From IMG/VR virus record IMGVR_UViG_3300001041_000002, positions 1-64,000 of that record: a stretch of DNA of 64,000 nt, one strand, 5' to 3'. Every line of letters begins with the position of its first letter. The first letter of the stretch is position 1. The notes below the pieces were generated by a model that had not been told where the DNA came from, did no database searches, and saw nothing but the letters and a program-made list of their open reading frames with translations. The position numbers and the translations under genes were made by a program. This DNA comes from a virus. This document shows, one piece after another, positions 20,810-31,111 of the stretch.

Positions 20810-22801
20810 TTAACGTAAATTATATACAGGAACATTCTTACCTGACCGTCTATTATGTGTTGCTCTTTTACCTGTTGTTGGAGGTGGAACTGGAATAGAA
20901 GTTGAAAACAATACTTTTGACGAATAAGCATCTAAAGTTATTGAGGGGTAATAAACAGTTCCCGACAGATCCTTCCATGCCCCCGTTAACAAAACTGGTT
21001 GAGAGGTTGACTCTGCATTATAGACTAGCAACAGTTCGTTTTCAGAAGCGATTGTATAAGGCGTACCCGTAGAATTTACATCTAATCCTGAAAAAGATTT
21101 CCAATCAGCCAAAGTTCGATAATCATGTATTACTGACATATTTGGCTGGTAATAAAAAAATGTAAGATTATCATCTATTGGTCTAGCATATATATTATTA
21201 TTAGCTTCAGATATAAACACTTCAATATCATCCTCATTAGCACTTTGAAATCTTGCGGCAGTTTGAGTTGATGTTTTTGCTATGAAAATATTGTTTCTAA
21301 CTATATTGTCATGAGTTGCTCCGTAAGCCTGAAATAAATTGTTAATTGAAATTTGAGCCCTCCCGTTATTGTAACAAGTATTATATTCAATCAAATTATT
21401 ATTTGTTCCAGAACTAAGATAGATTCCGTATGTAGTGTTACCAGAAGATGTGTTATTCCTAATTGTTACATTACTTGAATTACTATCTAGATAAATTCCT
21501 TCTCCACCTGCTGAATAGGTTGTAGTGTACCCGCTTAGATTACCAAGAGTATTTGTGACTATATTTCCTTCTATCAATACATTTGTTCTTGATCCACCAG
21601 AATATATACCACCACCATCACTTAAATTCTGAACGCAATGGTTGATAAAATTATACTTGATGGTTGAAACCATTGCTGGATTAGTTATTCCATTATAACC
21701 GGAATAATCAATAGCATTATTCTGACATAAAACATCTGTTCCTGTGAGTATTATTGCTGACCCTGAGTAGCTCGTTGCATGGACTCCTGGAAACATCGTT
21801 GTATAAGTAACTGTGTTGTTTGTTATAGTATCCCCAACTGAACCACTACCACCAAGTCCAATGCCAATATGATTACAGTGTGAAAATATATTATTGTCAA
21901 CAATTAAAGAATATGCATTATTTGTTCGAAGTCCATAAAGACCCATATAGTCAATTGTGCAATTCTTTATTTCTCCATAATTAGCAGTATTAAAAAACAA
22001 ACCATCTGCATTTCCACCCGTAAAGTGAATGCCATCGAAAACCACATAATGTTTTCCAAAAAAAGAAACCAACGCCGTTACAGAAGAAACTTTGACATCA
22101 GTCGGTTCACTTGTGCTGTAAACACTAATCTTCTTGGTAGTCGGATTATAGTACCATTCGTTTTGAGTGTCCAGTGTCCTTATGTCTGCCTGAAAGAAAA
22201 AACCACAATTATTTTGTTGCTGGCCAGGATAAGCATTGGCTTGTTTATCTGCATAAGTAACAGTACTACCCGACTGACTACTAACTACACCAGCCTGCCA
22301 TAACCAACCGGCCTTTCTGATTACTATATCAGCGCCAGTCCAGTTAGGTGTTCCACTCAAATCACTACTTGTAATTGAAGTGTTACCAGAAAATGTTTGG
22401 TAAGTATAATATGTTCCAAAGTTAGGTGTTCTTCCCATTGGGGTATTTACACCATTTACAAGAACAATATTACAAGTTGTTAGTGTAGATACTGCGCTAG
22501 TACTTTCCCAAATATTTGAACCTAAATTTGTCCATGCTGTTACATCCGTAAAACCAGTAATAACCGGATCATCACCTGTACCATAGGAACCAAAAAAAAT
22601 AGGATTACCAGCCGTTCCAGAATTACTAACAGTAATTGTACCATAGAAACTATTGGAACGCTGAAAAAGAACACTATCACCAGCGACAACACTTGAAAAA
22701 TTAAAAGCGTCTTTTGCTGTTTGATCTGCAATAAGATATGTAGCTGCCTGACTTGCTAAATTTGTAAGCAATATCAGGATTATAACCAATAGTTGTTTCA
22801 T
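20810..22801 (-). CDS. Right-handed beta-helix (pectin-lyase-like) protein with signal peptide; possible depolymerase
   Basis: 'DGGGIY', 'GIYLDSNSSNVTIRNN' Asn-ladder repeats; MKQLLVIILILLTNLASQA|A. Confidence 0.8.
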   Translation of the reverse strand: MKQLLVIILILLTNLASQAATYLIADQTAKDAFNFSSVVAGDSVLFQRSNSFYGTITVSNSGTAGNPIFFGSYGTGDDPVITGFTDVTAWTNLGSNIWESTSAVSTLTTCNIVLVNGVNTPMGRTPNFGTYYTYQTFSGNTSITSSDLSGTPNWTGADIVIRKAGWLWQAGVVSSQSGSTVTYADKQANAYPGQQQNNCGFFFQADIRTLDTQNEWYYNPTTKKISVYSTSEPTDVKVSSVTALVSFFGKHYVVFDGIHFTGGNADGLFFNTANYGEIKNCTIDYMGLYGLRTNNAYSLIVDNNIFSHCNHIGIGLGGSGSVGDTITNNTVTYTTMFPGVHATSYSGSAIILTGTDVLCQNNAIDYSGYNGITNPAMVSTIKYNFINHCVQNLSDGGGIYSGGSRTNVLIEGNIVTNTLGNLSGYTTTYSAGGEGIYLDSNSSNVTIRNNTSSGNTTYGIYLSSGTNNNLIEYNTCYNNGRAQISINNLFQAYGATHDNIVRNNIFIAKTSTQTAARFQSANEDDIEVFISEANNNIYARPIDDNLTFFYYQPNMSVIHDYRTLADWKSFSGLDVNSTGTPYTIASENELLLVYNAESTSQPVLLTGAWKDLSGTVYYPSITLDAYSSKVLFSTSIPVPPPTTGKRATHNRRSGKNVPVYNLR

Positions 22802-23634
22802 CCCCTTGCTGTTTTAAAAAATAACTTTACAACAAAAATCAAACTGGTTGTATTTGTCGCCCAATTTCGAGTTATAATTTTTACTTCAATTTTATCTCCC
22901 GCAACAAAATCTGTGTTTAAATTACTCGCATAATAAGTGTTTGGCACATTTGCAGATGCGTTAACTGCAAATGTAGTACCAAGAGGATAATCAGTAGTTG
23001 CATTTTTTCTGACGTACATTGGAAATTGCTCAGTTGATGATGCTGCACTGCCTATAATATAAACAGTATAACCAATTAAAGTACAATCTCTAAATATCAC
23101 AACTGGTCGTCCCCCATCTGATGTAGATGGTACTGTATTTTGTGCACCCATATAATAAATAGTACTATCCAAAGGAGTCGCAATTGCCGAGCCATTAAAA
23201 ATCATTGGAAAAATGTATTTAAAAGTATCTATTTCAGAATCGCTATACCAACTCATAGAATCAATAGTCGAAATAGGCACATATAAACTTTTGGCTAACG
23301 TTGTGTCTAATTTAGCATTGTGATATGTTATCAGGCTATCCAAAGTCTGGGAGCGAGCTAATACTGTATTGTAGATGGAATCTACTTGTGCTTGACGGGC
23401 TTTAAGTAATAATGCAGATTTAATAGAATCTGCCTGTGCTTGCAAAGGACTTTTAGCTCCTACAGCAGCCCTGTTAAGTTCTAGAGTTGTCCCAAGAAAT
23501 CCATGAAGAATGTTAACTTCAACGTAAGTTGCCGTTATATCAACTATTTTTTTCAATGTCATTTGAGTAGGGGGAACTGCGCCTATTAGTACAACTATCG
23601 CTGCTACTATTAATATTTTATACCATGTTTTCAT
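22798..23634 (-). CDS. Fibre-like protein with N-terminal signal/anchor
   Basis: Hydrophobic N-terminus, coiled coil, beta-rich C-terminal domain ('FVAGDKIEV'). Confidence 0.5.
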   Translation of the reverse strand: MKTWYKILIVAAIVVLIGAVPPTQMTLKKIVDITATYVEVNILHGFLGTTLELNRAAVGAKSPLQAQADSIKSALLLKARQAQVDSIYNTVLARSQTLDSLITYHNAKLDTTLAKSLYVPISTIDSMSWYSDSEIDTFKYIFPMIFNGSAIATPLDSTIYYMGAQNTVPSTSDGGRPVVIFRDCTLIGYTVYIIGSAASSTEQFPMYVRKNATTDYPLGTTFAVNASANVPNTYYASNLNTDFVAGDKIEVKIITRNWATNTTSLIFVVKLFFKTARG

Positions 23635-23754
23635 GTTTGTTATTTTTTAGTTAATATATAAATATTTGTTTTTTTTTAAAACCAGAAAACATTTCTTTTA
23701 AAGTTTTAGTTTCAGATTTAAAAACATAACCATGTCTTACTTTAGAAGTAGCCA

Positions 23755-24081
23755 TTAAGTTGCTATTTTCGTGTACACAACTAAAGGAAAGTCACCAGTA
23801 ATCGGAGCAGTTGTAAATATTATTTTATTTGTTTCTCCAACCAATGCGGCAGATACCTCTATCTCATATGGATTAAGGGCGAATAAAATATCTCCGGCAA
23901 TATCTAAGTCGGCGGGAGCATCAAAATCAGTTGTTACATCATCACCAGTTAATCTTATCATGCCAAGAGAAACGCCGGCTCCAGTTGATCCACTAATGTT
24001 TGTTTTTAAAATAGATAATTGTTCTAGTATTAGAACAAATACATCTAACGTTCTCCTCTGTAGAGCTGTTATATCACTCAT
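23755..24081 (-). CDS. Small putative head-fibre / decoration protein
   Basis: 'GDDVTTDF...IFTTAP' motif; downstream of the portal. Confidence 0.4.
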   Translation of the reverse strand: MSDITALQRRTLDVFVLILEQLSILKTNISGSTGAGVSLGMIRLTGDDVTTDFDAPADLDIAGDILFALNPYEIEVSAALVGETNKIIFTTAPITGDFPLVVYTKIAT

Positions 24082-24087
24082 AACTTT

Positions 24088-24183
24088 TTAAATAAATGAT
24101 TCATTAATTTCAATTAATATAGCTAATATTTGTTCAGCTAATTCCAGTTCTAATATCTGGTTTTTAGTAATTTGGCTTCCCAT
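24088..24183 (-). CDS. Unannotated 31-aa helical peptide
   Basis: MGSQITKNQILELELAEQILAILIEINESFI*; its ATG overlaps the portal stop codon. Confidence 0.45.
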   Translation of the reverse strand: MGSQITKNQILELELAEQILAILIEINESFI

Positions 24184-26570
24184 TATTTTGATGTTTTAGG
24201 TTTACTTCTTTGTATAGATTCGGTAGCTTGATTATGTCTTTCAGACTCGTTCAGTTGCCTCATTTTAAGTTGATAATCTTTCTCCATCTGTTCTCTCTGT
24301 AAGCTAATTTTCTCTATTTCCATAGAATTATCTTCAGCAAGTTCTCCTGAGTCTTCATTTGCTTTATTCTTATCAGCAACTTTTAATTTAGTTTCATTAT
24401 CTCTAAGATTTTTAAGATCGTCAAGCTGAAGCTTAAGCTGTTCTAATTTTTCCTGAGACGCTATCTGTGCCTGAGCAATTTTATTATTATCCTCACGTTC
24501 TGATTGTTTTGATTGTGCCATATTGGCCTCATCAGTTTCAATCCTTCTCATTATTGATGTTAATGATGGATCTGTAAATATTTTCATTACTGTAGAGAAC
24601 GATAACATCTGATTTTGAATGCCTGCTTGAGCTAATGATTCAAGTTTTTGTTTTAACTCAAGATCTCCCATATCATTATCAACAATAATATCATAATCCA
24701 TTTCTGAAAATTCATCACCATCAACATCAAGCATTGACATTATTCTGTCATCCGTCATATACTGAAGTTTCTTATTGCGTCCTTTAAGGGCAATTTTAGC
24801 CGTTTCTAGCAACGTTGTTAGGCAACGCTTACGAACATTGTCATGTATTAAAAAAAGCTCCTCAGTGATGTGTGATGACTGCGATACAGCCCTCTCTATT
24901 CCACCAACAGTTTCCCTATTTTCAATCTGTCCTTGTCTTTGCTTGGATACCCCAGAGATCTCATACATTTCTTCTTTGAGGTAATCCAATAGGCCGATGT
25001 ATAACTGTATTGAGTTACCAACCTCTAAATCTAGTGGCCGACCTGATGTTTGGAAATTACCGGCAAGTTTGCCCATTGCAACACCCTTTGTTCCCTCTTT
25101 AAATGAGTCGACAACAGATATGTTATCTTGCTGTATGAAATATAACCATTTTTCATAATCCCATCCCGAAGGCATTCTAGCCTTATCTAATTCAAGAATC
25201 TTTCCGTAGTTCTTTGCAATAGTCTTATTGAGCCTATCTTTAACAGCATCAAACATGTACTGATATGGTTTCATCCTATCCAGAATTGACACTGGCTTGG
25301 CCTGATTTGTGTTGTACACTTGGCCAATTATTCCAGCATGACATTCAGATATGTTATTCATTCTGAGGTACTGTATTGGTCTAGGTCTCATATTAACGTA
25401 AACTTCGGCTCCAATCTTAGTGCCTTCCCATATCTCATTAACCCACAAATCCTCAGATTCTTCTCCTGCAAATTTATTTATTCTATATGTCTCATCCTTA
25501 AATGAATGTAATTCTTCACCAGTCTTTGGATCATATGATTTTATCTTCTTAATTTTACGTTTTGACTTCCAGTAAACCCTAAGAACTCTTATGTTCCCCA
25601 TATTATCAACATACGAAGAGTTCGGTAGTCCAGCAAAATTATTTCCCATCCATACAAATGAATCCACAGAGTTTTCTAAATTATCTTCGGTAATCAATGG
25701 TGAGTATAAAAATGAATTCCTTTCATCAATATTACCCATCTCATCCGTTTGAATAAGATTGGCATTACTGATACTTTCAATATACTCTACATCTTTGTCC
25801 TTTAGTTCATTATAATAAATATCTATAATCTTACTTGGAGACCAATAGTCGTCAAGTATAATAATGTCTGAATCTTCTATTTTTGATGAATAACCACTTC
25901 TCAATGTATAAACCTTTCTTGGATTTAGAACATCCATAGTAGGCTCATTACTTCGAATGTCAAACTGGTATATTTCCTCTGATGCAATTAGAACATCTTT
26001 GAATCCAGTATTCATCTTATCATCAAAATACAACTCCTTAATATAGTGCTTTAGTAGCCAGTTGGCTCTCTTTTCACGAAGATCCTGCCATTTATAATTA
26101 AAGAATTGCTGTATGTTTTCAAGTTCTGATTTTGCTTGTTCTTCGGAAAAACTTTCATTAGTTATAATTTCAGTTATTCTCTGCTGTGCTTCCTGAACTT
26201 TCTGTCTTTCAACAGAAGAAACAGCGTCGTCATTACATACCTTAACTATGTAGTCATGCTTCCTTCTAGACTCTTCGCCTATAAGAACATTTAGTGGATT
26301 GTTTATTATTGAATAATGTTGTATATCTCTAGGTATGAGTCCAACCCGTTTATTCATTGGATTGAGGGTTTTTTTCATATCCTCTTCGTGGAGTATTCCA
26401 TTGAACAGATCGTAGTTTATCTTCTTACCACGCAACGATCTTCGCACGCTATTATTAAATAGATAACTATTCTTATCTGCCCAATCAAGATGAGCCTTGC
26501 GCCAATCTTTACCTTTTTGTGATGATGGTAATTTCTGTCGTGGAAATCCAGACGTTTGAACTGCTGACAT
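24183..26570 (-). CDS. Portal protein
   Basis: 795 aa; 'FPRQKLP', 'SGVSKQRQGQIENRETVGGIERAV' match crAss-like portals; next to TerL. Confidence 0.92.
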   Translation of the reverse strand: MSAVQTSGFPRQKLPSSQKGKDWRKAHLDWADKNSYLFNNSVRRSLRGKKINYDLFNGILHEEDMKKTLNPMNKRVGLIPRDIQHYSIINNPLNVLIGEESRRKHDYIVKVCNDDAVSSVERQKVQEAQQRITEIITNESFSEEQAKSELENIQQFFNYKWQDLREKRANWLLKHYIKELYFDDKMNTGFKDVLIASEEIYQFDIRSNEPTMDVLNPRKVYTLRSGYSSKIEDSDIIILDDYWSPSKIIDIYYNELKDKDVEYIESISNANLIQTDEMGNIDERNSFLYSPLITEDNLENSVDSFVWMGNNFAGLPNSSYVDNMGNIRVLRVYWKSKRKIKKIKSYDPKTGEELHSFKDETYRINKFAGEESEDLWVNEIWEGTKIGAEVYVNMRPRPIQYLRMNNISECHAGIIGQVYNTNQAKPVSILDRMKPYQYMFDAVKDRLNKTIAKNYGKILELDKARMPSGWDYEKWLYFIQQDNISVVDSFKEGTKGVAMGKLAGNFQTSGRPLDLEVGNSIQLYIGLLDYLKEEMYEISGVSKQRQGQIENRETVGGIERAVSQSSHITEELFLIHDNVRKRCLTTLLETAKIALKGRNKKLQYMTDDRIMSMLDVDGDEFSEMDYDIIVDNDMGDLELKQKLESLAQAGIQNQMLSFSTVMKIFTDPSLTSIMRRIETDEANMAQSKQSEREDNNKIAQAQIASQEKLEQLKLQLDDLKNLRDNETKLKVADKNKANEDSGELAEDNSMEIEKISLQREQMEKDYQLKMRQLNESERHNQATESIQRSKPKTSK

Positions 26571-26591
26571 ATTTTGACTTATATAAGTTTA

Positions 26592-26599
26592 CAAATTTA
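26592..26599 (-). promoter_or_regulatory. Bacteroidota-type -7 promoter element for the portal
   Basis: TAAATTTG in the TerL-portal gap. Confidence 0.55.
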
Positions 26600-26617
26600 C
26601 ACATTTACTTTTAGGCA

Positions 26618-28912
26618 TTAGGAGAACGTAACGTCTTCTCGCCATTTTACATAGCTATTTGGGTTATCTTGATACGCATTTTTAAAGTTTTCCTCTATAT
26701 ATGAATCAAACTCTTCCTCATTTGTATCTGAAGTTTTATTGGCTAAATATTTTAATCTATCTTCTCGATATATCATTAACATGCCCATGGCCGATACGCG
26801 GTCGGCATTTATATCAATATTCCATGATATAAGCTCTTCTATATACGCTATGTTGCGAATAGTATGCATATTTAGTTTTTCACCGATCTGATTACCCTCT
26901 GAGTCGAAATCCTGAATAGATGCTGGTGACATCATCCAATCTTTTTGCAATCGCCTGCCCCATGGGTTTATCATTTTACCAGAATTAGTTCCAAGGCTCT
27001 TGTTTCCATACGAACCACCCTTAGCATATTCCATATCCTTTAGGATCTGAGGAGTTTCACATAATAGATAAAGACTTCGTTTTTGATCAAAATATGCGAA
27101 GAGGCCTTTTTTGTCTTGTTCATAGTTGGCCTTTGCGTTATAAAATATTAACATTCGCCTACATATTTCGTAATAGTCATTGGCAAATTTTGGCCTTCCT
27201 GTGTACTCAGCTACGATTCGGTCAGTATATAGATCTAAAATCATTATTGAAGCCAGAGATGTTGTACCAGAATGGTCGTCATCTATAGGATCGCAGCCTC
27301 CAATATATCTCAATGGATCAATCTTTCCTTTATGGTCAGTCTTTGGCATCTCGAAGATTTCTATTGCTCCTTCTGGCTTATCTGTGCCAGTAGGGAATCT
27401 TCTTATTGGACTTAGATTAGGATCATTAGATGGCTTCCATTCAACACCTTTAGATGTGAGAATTAGATCTCCTACATAATGTGTGTCGAAATATCTCTGC
27501 CCTTGAATTCTGATTGAATCCCTATAATCCTTTAAGTCTGCTACTGGAAAGATCGTTCCACTAGTTCTCATCATAGCCTCACTTGGAACTATTGGTTCCT
27601 CAGCCATCTTTTGAGTAATAACTTGTGGATCTGATGAGTTGTATTTTACAGTAAATCTATCATTAAGAACTTCTATTAACGCCTTAATAACATCTGGTTC
27701 GCCATTTATATCGTCGTAACATCTAGCCCTATTAAGGTATGCTCCCCAGAAAAATCCACAAAGAGATTCTCCATTAGAATTCTTATCAAATACATTTGGA
27801 ATCCCATATATATTGTAAGCTAAGGGATTTCTAAATAACTTTTCAGAGCCCTCAAAATCAGCTCCTTCGACACCGCCTGTCCCTAAGGCGCACATCAATC
27901 CATAGACTATATCTCCATCCTCAACAGCCTTTCTATTCACAGACCAAGCTTTCTCTAAGTTTGGAAATAATCCATCCTCTTCATAATGAATCAGAGGGCC
28001 TCTCACACCACGGGCTTTATCAGGATTATCCTTAAGTGAAATTCCGTATACTGACGACTTGTAACCCTTACGTGAACCGTCCTCTTCGTATCCTAACTGA
28101 ATCTCTCTAGACCTTGGTGAGTTTACTAATCGAAGTCCACTAAATGGAGTACTATCCTTAATCCAATCTAATACGTCAATAACTTTACCATAAACACCCT
28201 TCTCTCCATCAAGGAATCCCTTGTCAGATGCTAAGTGAAAGTTTGGTAGTCCTGGCTCAACATACATATTCCGTGGCGACATCGATGCTAGTTTATAAGA
28301 CGCACCTACACCCCTGGTTTTTAATATCTTAGCATGAGCTCCGGCCTCTCTGGCCTGCTCTAGATAGTGGAAGAATAGATAGTCTCCTAGCCATACGTTT
28401 GGAAAATGTTTCTTTCTAATACCACGAACTTTCTTTCCATCAGATCCTTTAGACGCCTCGGTGTTTATCCAGATTGGACTATAGTTTAAATAAAAATAGA
28501 ATCCACCAGAGATCCACTCCCCATCAGATTCCCTAGTTAAACCATATTTCCAGCGGTACATCTCTTTCTTCCAAAACTGAGCATACTCAGATTTTGGGTT
28601 TGGATTAGGCCTTATATGCGTGTATTTACCATGCTTCTCAAAGAACAAAGCCCTCTCTCTAAAGAAGTCCATATTCTCCAAGATATGTGGCTTTGTAATA
28701 TCAACAATTATTCTTCCATGTTCATCCCTAGGTCTATTGGCTGCATATCCCCTAATATCCTCTGGTTGAATCAAATGTTGTATAAATTTTACAGATTCGA
28801 TAAAGTCGTTTAGGTCTTGCCACACTTCTTTGTGTAGTGATTTGCGCAACTCTTCTGTAAGTTTCGTTTGATAATTATTTGTCTTCCTAAACTCGTTAAT
28901 TATTTCTTCCAT
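26618..28912 (-). CDS. terL: Terminase large subunit
   Basis: 'KTRGVGASY' Walker A, 'YEEDG' Walker B, 'GTGG', 'GCDP' nuclease motif, 'AEYTGRP', 'NADRVSA'. Confidence 0.95.
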   Translation of the reverse strand: MEEIINEFRKTNNYQTKLTEELRKSLHKEVWQDLNDFIESVKFIQHLIQPEDIRGYAANRPRDEHGRIIVDITKPHILENMDFFRERALFFEKHGKYTHIRPNPNPKSEYAQFWKKEMYRWKYGLTRESDGEWISGGFYFYLNYSPIWINTEASKGSDGKKVRGIRKKHFPNVWLGDYLFFHYLEQAREAGAHAKILKTRGVGASYKLASMSPRNMYVEPGLPNFHLASDKGFLDGEKGVYGKVIDVLDWIKDSTPFSGLRLVNSPRSREIQLGYEEDGSRKGYKSSVYGISLKDNPDKARGVRGPLIHYEEDGLFPNLEKAWSVNRKAVEDGDIVYGLMCALGTGGVEGADFEGSEKLFRNPLAYNIYGIPNVFDKNSNGESLCGFFWGAYLNRARCYDDINGEPDVIKALIEVLNDRFTVKYNSSDPQVITQKMAEEPIVPSEAMMRTSGTIFPVADLKDYRDSIRIQGQRYFDTHYVGDLILTSKGVEWKPSNDPNLSPIRRFPTGTDKPEGAIEIFEMPKTDHKGKIDPLRYIGGCDPIDDDHSGTTSLASIMILDLYTDRIVAEYTGRPKFANDYYEICRRMLIFYNAKANYEQDKKGLFAYFDQKRSLYLLCETPQILKDMEYAKGGSYGNKSLGTNSGKMINPWGRRLQKDWMMSPASIQDFDSEGNQIGEKLNMHTIRNIAYIEELISWNIDINADRVSAMGMLMIYREDRLKYLANKTSDTNEEEFDSYIEENFKNAYQDNPNSYVKWREDVTFS

Positions 28913-29322
28913 TTTAATATCTGATCGTACACTCTACTAGCTATATATCCCTCTAAATATGTTAGAGCCTCGTGGTTATCTGCATCTATTTTTATCCCTA
29001 TATAATCCAATATAAACCATGCAGAATGTATTGATTCGTGATGTATCGTGTGGACAACATCCTTTAGTCCTAACGACCTTGGATCTAATGAGTTAACAAA
29101 AAAGAACATATTTATTTCTTTATGCTTACGTCCATGCTTCTCCATAATCGCAGTATACCCGTTACAATAATCATCAAATGTATCAAATTCAATATTAAAT
29201 TTTTCTGCAAGGTACTGCTTAACTTTTGATGGTTTTCCGTAATATAAATCTATAGGCCAATCGTACATTGGAACCATAAATTTCATATTATTAAAATCTT
29301 TTTCTTCCATAGTTCTATTCAA
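28900..29322 (-). CDS. HExxH-containing putative metallopeptidase-like protein
   Basis: 'IHHESIH...EALTYL'. Confidence 0.5.
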   Translation of the reverse strand: MNRTMEEKDFNNMKFMVPMYDWPIDLYYGKPSKVKQYLAEKFNIEFDTFDDYCNGYTAIMEKHGRKHKEINMFFFVNSLDPRSLGLKDVVHTIHHESIHSAWFILDYIGIKIDADNHEALTYLEGYIASRVYDQILKWKK

Positions 29323-29878
29323 ATTCTAATCCATCCTCGAATATATTCTTACTCTTACTACCAACTTTTTTACCCTCATTATCCTCAATCTGCCTAAGTA
29401 ATTCTTTCTCTGCTTCTTTAAGGTTAGCCATTACCTTAGGAACTTTCTCTAACGCCATAATAACTTTCTGAGTTGCAGCTATCTTATCGTCGCTCTCATT
29501 GATAAGGTTTTTAGCGTCTTTAAAGACATCATTTATAGCAGAGGCTGCGATCATAGCTGAATCATATAAACTATGTATAATCGTCTTAGAACGCTTCTTG
29601 TAGAATTCTATTGCTTCGTCAAGCTGCTTGTCAATCTTCCATGATTTAGGTAGGTCAATGTCTTTCTTGATCTCATCAAGTCTATCATCTAAATCTATAA
29701 TTGCTTGGTACGGGCTCGTTATATCTGCATAGAAGTAAATCATTGTGAGCTCTTTTAGCGCTATAGATTTATCTTTAGTGCGGTCTCTGTCTAGAATTTT
29801 CTTAAAGACAGTTATCATCACTATCTCCTCAGAGAATGTGACTTCGTATGAATCCTTTTTAAATTCAAATAAATTCAC
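29315..29878 (-). CDS. Conserved crAss-like protein upstream of TerL (possible small terminase)
   Basis: Helical protein, 'DRDRTKDK'; position-based inference. Confidence 0.45.
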   Translation of the reverse strand: MNLFEFKKDSYEVTFSEEIVMITVFKKILDRDRTKDKSIALKELTMIYFYADITSPYQAIIDLDDRLDEIKKDIDLPKSWKIDKQLDEAIEFYKKRSKTIIHSLYDSAMIAASAINDVFKDAKNLINESDDKIAATQKVIMALEKVPKVMANLKEAEKELLRQIEDNEGKKVGSKSKNIFEDGLEFE

Positions 29879-29881
29879 GAA

Positions 29882-30202
29882 TTATATTTTACGATTATGT
29901 TCCTTCATTAATTCAAATAGATCAAACAGTTCATCAACAGTCTCAAGCTCTCCATCAAATGACATCAGCCTCATATTAAAGTCTGTCTCTCTCTGTAGTG
30001 TTGACTTAAGTTCGAAATAGTCAGTATCAATTAAATGATCAAGCCTATATGAGTTTACTGTGTTCCTAGGCTTATCATATCTATTTACTATATATACATA
30101 AGAATCAACTATATCACTTGACCAGTTGTCAACCTTAGCGAATCCCAAATTTTCAATCTCCTCCTGGCTTACCATTACATTGTATATTAAATTATGATAC
30201 AA
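29882..30202 (-). CDS. Hypothetical protein
   Basis: ORF track; the true start is probably downstream of the promoter at 30200. Confidence 0.5.
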   Translation of the reverse strand: MYHNLIYNVMVSQEEIENLGFAKVDNWSSDIVDSYVYIVNRYDKPRNTVNSYRLDHLIDTDYFELKSTLQRETDFNMRLMSFDGELETVDELFDLFELMKEHNRKI

Positions 30203-30230
30203 ATGTAGTCATTATTTATTAAACAACAAA
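30200..30230 (-). promoter_or_regulatory. Bacteroidota promoter (-33/-7)
   Basis: TTTG-N19-TACATTTG. Confidence 0.75.
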
Positions 30231-30249
30231 AGCCCCCGCAGAGGCTTAA
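30227..30249 (-). terminator. Intrinsic terminator
   Basis: AAGCCTCTGCGGGGGCTTTTG. Confidence 0.65.
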
Positions 30250-30299
30250 GTTTAGAAACGCCGAAACGTCGATCCGGTGATACTCTCCAACCGGAGTGG

Positions 30300-30491
30300 T
30301 TATTTAAAAGTCACAGAATATTTCTTATTTAATTCTTCTACAAATGAATCTGCGCATTTGGGTATTGATGGCATATTGATTTTTGATTTATCTTTTGGAG
30401 TATTCTTATATACATCGAAGTAAGCATCAAATACTTTCCACTGTATATTCCATTCTCTAATATCATCAAATAAATTATTTAATTCTTCCAT
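30300..30491 (-). CDS. Hypothetical protein
   Basis: 63-aa ORF in operon orientation. Confidence 0.5.
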   Translation of the reverse strand: MEELNNLFDDIREWNIQWKVFDAYFDVYKNTPKDKSKINMPSIPKCADSFVEELNKKYSVTFK

Positions 30492-30495
30492 AATA

Positions 30496-30864
30496 TTATT
30501 CTAATCCATTTCTCCAACGTAATCTAACATGACTATCTGGAATTACCATTACTTCAACGCCATCAACATTCTCTACAGGCCAAGCTATAGATATCACATT
30601 CTTTCTTTCCATTTCTTCAACCAAACTGGGATTACTCTGATCCTTCCAATTCTTTACAAAGTATGGTCTAGGATCAATCTCTACAGTATAGCCAGGCTTA
30701 AGACCCCTAACTGAATCCCCAATCTTAATTACATCCTGCTTAACATCGTAAACATCATTAGCTGATGTGATAATTCCACTCTTGCTAATACTTGGCTTTT
30801 TATTACAAGTCAAGAACATAAAATTCCACATCGGCTCGGCACTAATTTTCTTCTGTTGTGTCAT
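30496..30864 (-). CDS. GroES-like co-chaperonin
   Basis: 'SKSGII...VIKIGDSVRGLKPG..VEI...VDGVEVMVI..SHV' follows the GroES pattern. Confidence 0.6.
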   Translation of the reverse strand: MTQQKKISAEPMWNFMFLTCNKKPSISKSGIITSANDVYDVKQDVIKIGDSVRGLKPGYTVEIDPRPYFVKNWKDQSNPSLVEEMERKNVISIAWPVENVDGVEVMVIPDSHVRLRWRNGLE

Positions 30865-31111
30865 TCTTCTCTAATTTTTTATTAATAGTATTTATTTTAA
30901 ATTCATTCACGTACATTTTAAACAATAGTGGCATGTTAAAATTTGTCTTTAGTGAACTAATATCGCTGTAAGACTTATCATGCAACTCTAGACCTTGAAT
31001 ACGTTCTCTCATCATCTTATATGGCAAGTTTAACACTCGCTCTACTTCCTGTATGTCAGACGAATGCTTATTGGCCACATCCTCTAAAATCTTGGTTAAA
31101 ACTTTATCCAT
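30842..31111 (-). CDS. HU/IHF-like small DNA-binding protein
   Basis: Two N-terminal helices followed by 'NFNMPLLFKMYV'. Confidence 0.4.
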   Translation of the reverse strand: MDKVLTKILEDVANKHSSDIQEVERVLNLPYKMMRERIQGLELHDKSYSDISSLKTNFNMPLLFKMYVNEFKINTINKKLEKNDTTEEN

